DNA of 64,000 nt from Klebsormidium nitens. Its lineage: Eukaryota; Plantae; Klebsormidiophyceae. A model generated the notes under the pieces. That model saw only the letters and a list, made by a program, of their open reading frames with translations, was not told the DNA's origin and ran no database searches. Shown piece by piece: positions 56,642 through 64,000 of the stretch (position 1 is its first letter; the number at the start of each line of letters is the position of its first letter). A program made the position numbers and the translations under genes. The stretch is taken from contig DF237319.1 of assembly GCA_000708835.1 (NCBI GenBank), positions 1 to 64,000 of the forward strand. The letters are read 5' to 3'.

Positions 56642-57460
56642 TCCTCTCTTGTGAAGTCGAAATCAGCTCATGATGCCGATTGAGCTAAGGGCTGAAGTTT
56701 TTTCCCTGGGATTGTTTTGGCCTCCCGACCTCAACAACGGGAATCCTGCTCGCCAGCTGACTCAAGCCTTCTCAGCTGCGTGCAGAGAAAGTTGAGTGGC
56801 AGCTGACCAGACAACCTGGCAGAACAAGGAGGATGAGCGCCCTATTACCTATTATGCCTCATGCGAGTCAGCAATCAGAGCCAACCCTAATTCTGACTTG
56901 GACTCGGAGTCGGAGCCAGTCGAAGCTGGCAGCCTGAGCAAGACTGCGCCGCCAAATTTGAAAGCAATATGCGATATATTCATACGTAAATTGCCTCGCA
57001 CCAACAAAGGAATAATGTCCTATCATGAACATTCCAACTCCATTTAGAGATCGAGTGGTGGGTGTTTCAGTCTTGAAGCGACTGTGATCGCCTGTGATCG
57101 CCTCTGGTGATATTGGCCCTGTAATCTCCATTCTAGCTCCGTATGATCCGAAACAGAGCCAAAATTTCGCAGAGGTCATGAAAAGTCTGGAAATGCACAC
57201 ATTGACAACGACTCGGATGCACCTTGGCCAAAGCTGAGCTGCCACTTTGACCGAGGAGGCTTTGAAAGGGCAGTTCCCTGCTGTCAACAGCTGCCATCCT
57301 CTGCCAGTGCAGGCGCCAGGACGCCCTGGGTTGGCGTGCCTTTTGTGATCAGCTGGCTGCTCAAGCAAATGCTTTCTGCTGAAATTAGAAGATACTGATT
57401 GCGAGAAGCTGCCGCTGCGCCTGCAAGCGGAGGCTCGGAAGGGATAGGGTGCTCGCAAAG
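56642..57460. promoter_or_regulatory. Short divergent intergenic region between B9D2 (-) and VPS4 (+); likely bidirectional promoter
   Basis: The head-to-head ATGs are 819 bp apart. Function is inferred from geometry only. Confidence 0.5.
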
Positions 57461-63497
<6,037 letters not shown>

Positions 63498-64000
63498 CAC
63501 GGGGGTTCCTACCAATTGTACAGCGGCGCATACCAACCAGGATACCACTCGGCTCCAACAAACTGCAATCTTCCAGGCCCTTGGCGGGTTCACATGTTGT
63601 GAAATTCTCAACTATCCCATGGTCATGTTCCTCGAGCAATATACTGTGGCATGGCCATAAATGGACCGATTCTATATGTGCGGCGGCGTTGGCACCGCGC
63701 GGGTTTGAGGACTTGGTCTGCGGATATTGCGATTCAATTACCTACATGTACGTGGTGGATTATTTCCAGAGGCATGCTTTCACACGGTCATGCAGCGCAT
63801 CAGATCATCATACTTTCGTAATTGTGGATGCTCGTTGTTTTGCAGTCGTCTCAGGGCATGTGCCCCCGTCGTTTAGGTAACATGCTCTTCCGCCATTGAG
63901 TTAGCATTCCGCTCAAAACACCATGGAAAATCTTGTCGATATCATGTAGGTACATAAAATATGCAAACCCCAAATCACCAAGAATGCGGGTAATTGCACT

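Noticed and set aside
56868-57458. 196-aa - strand ORF between B9D2 and VPS4
   Set aside because: Starts at a non-ATG codon, has no motif and lies in the divergent promoter/UTR region.

Overview
Eukaryotic, intron-rich nuclear DNA. The organism is most likely a charophyte green alga of the Klebsormidium type. This is inferred from land-plant-type VQ, SEP2 and organellar ProRS genes sitting beside the ciliary gene B9D2. I hand-spliced six multi-exon genes with consistent phases: BRE/BABAM2 (-, 13 exons, nearly invisible in the ORF track), organellar prolyl-tRNA synthetase (+, 12 exons), SEP2 (+, 2), ZNF593/BUD20-like (-, 4, with an AT-AC U12 intron), B9D2 (-, 4) and VPS4/SKD1 (+, 8). There is also an intronless VQ-motif gene and a probable orphan coiled-coil gene. 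The first ~13 kb has no intact gene. It holds a decayed tandem array of ~2.4-3.6 kb units built from a recurring ~70-nt module, which reads as exact 50-nt GT-AG introns on the - strand or as a C/D-box/K-turn-like motif on the + strand. A second recurring theme is short tandem duplications that copy splice junctions (six cases in three genes). I found no rRNA, tRNA, CRISPR array or recognisable transposase. All alignments were done by eye from recalled family motifs; no database search was run.
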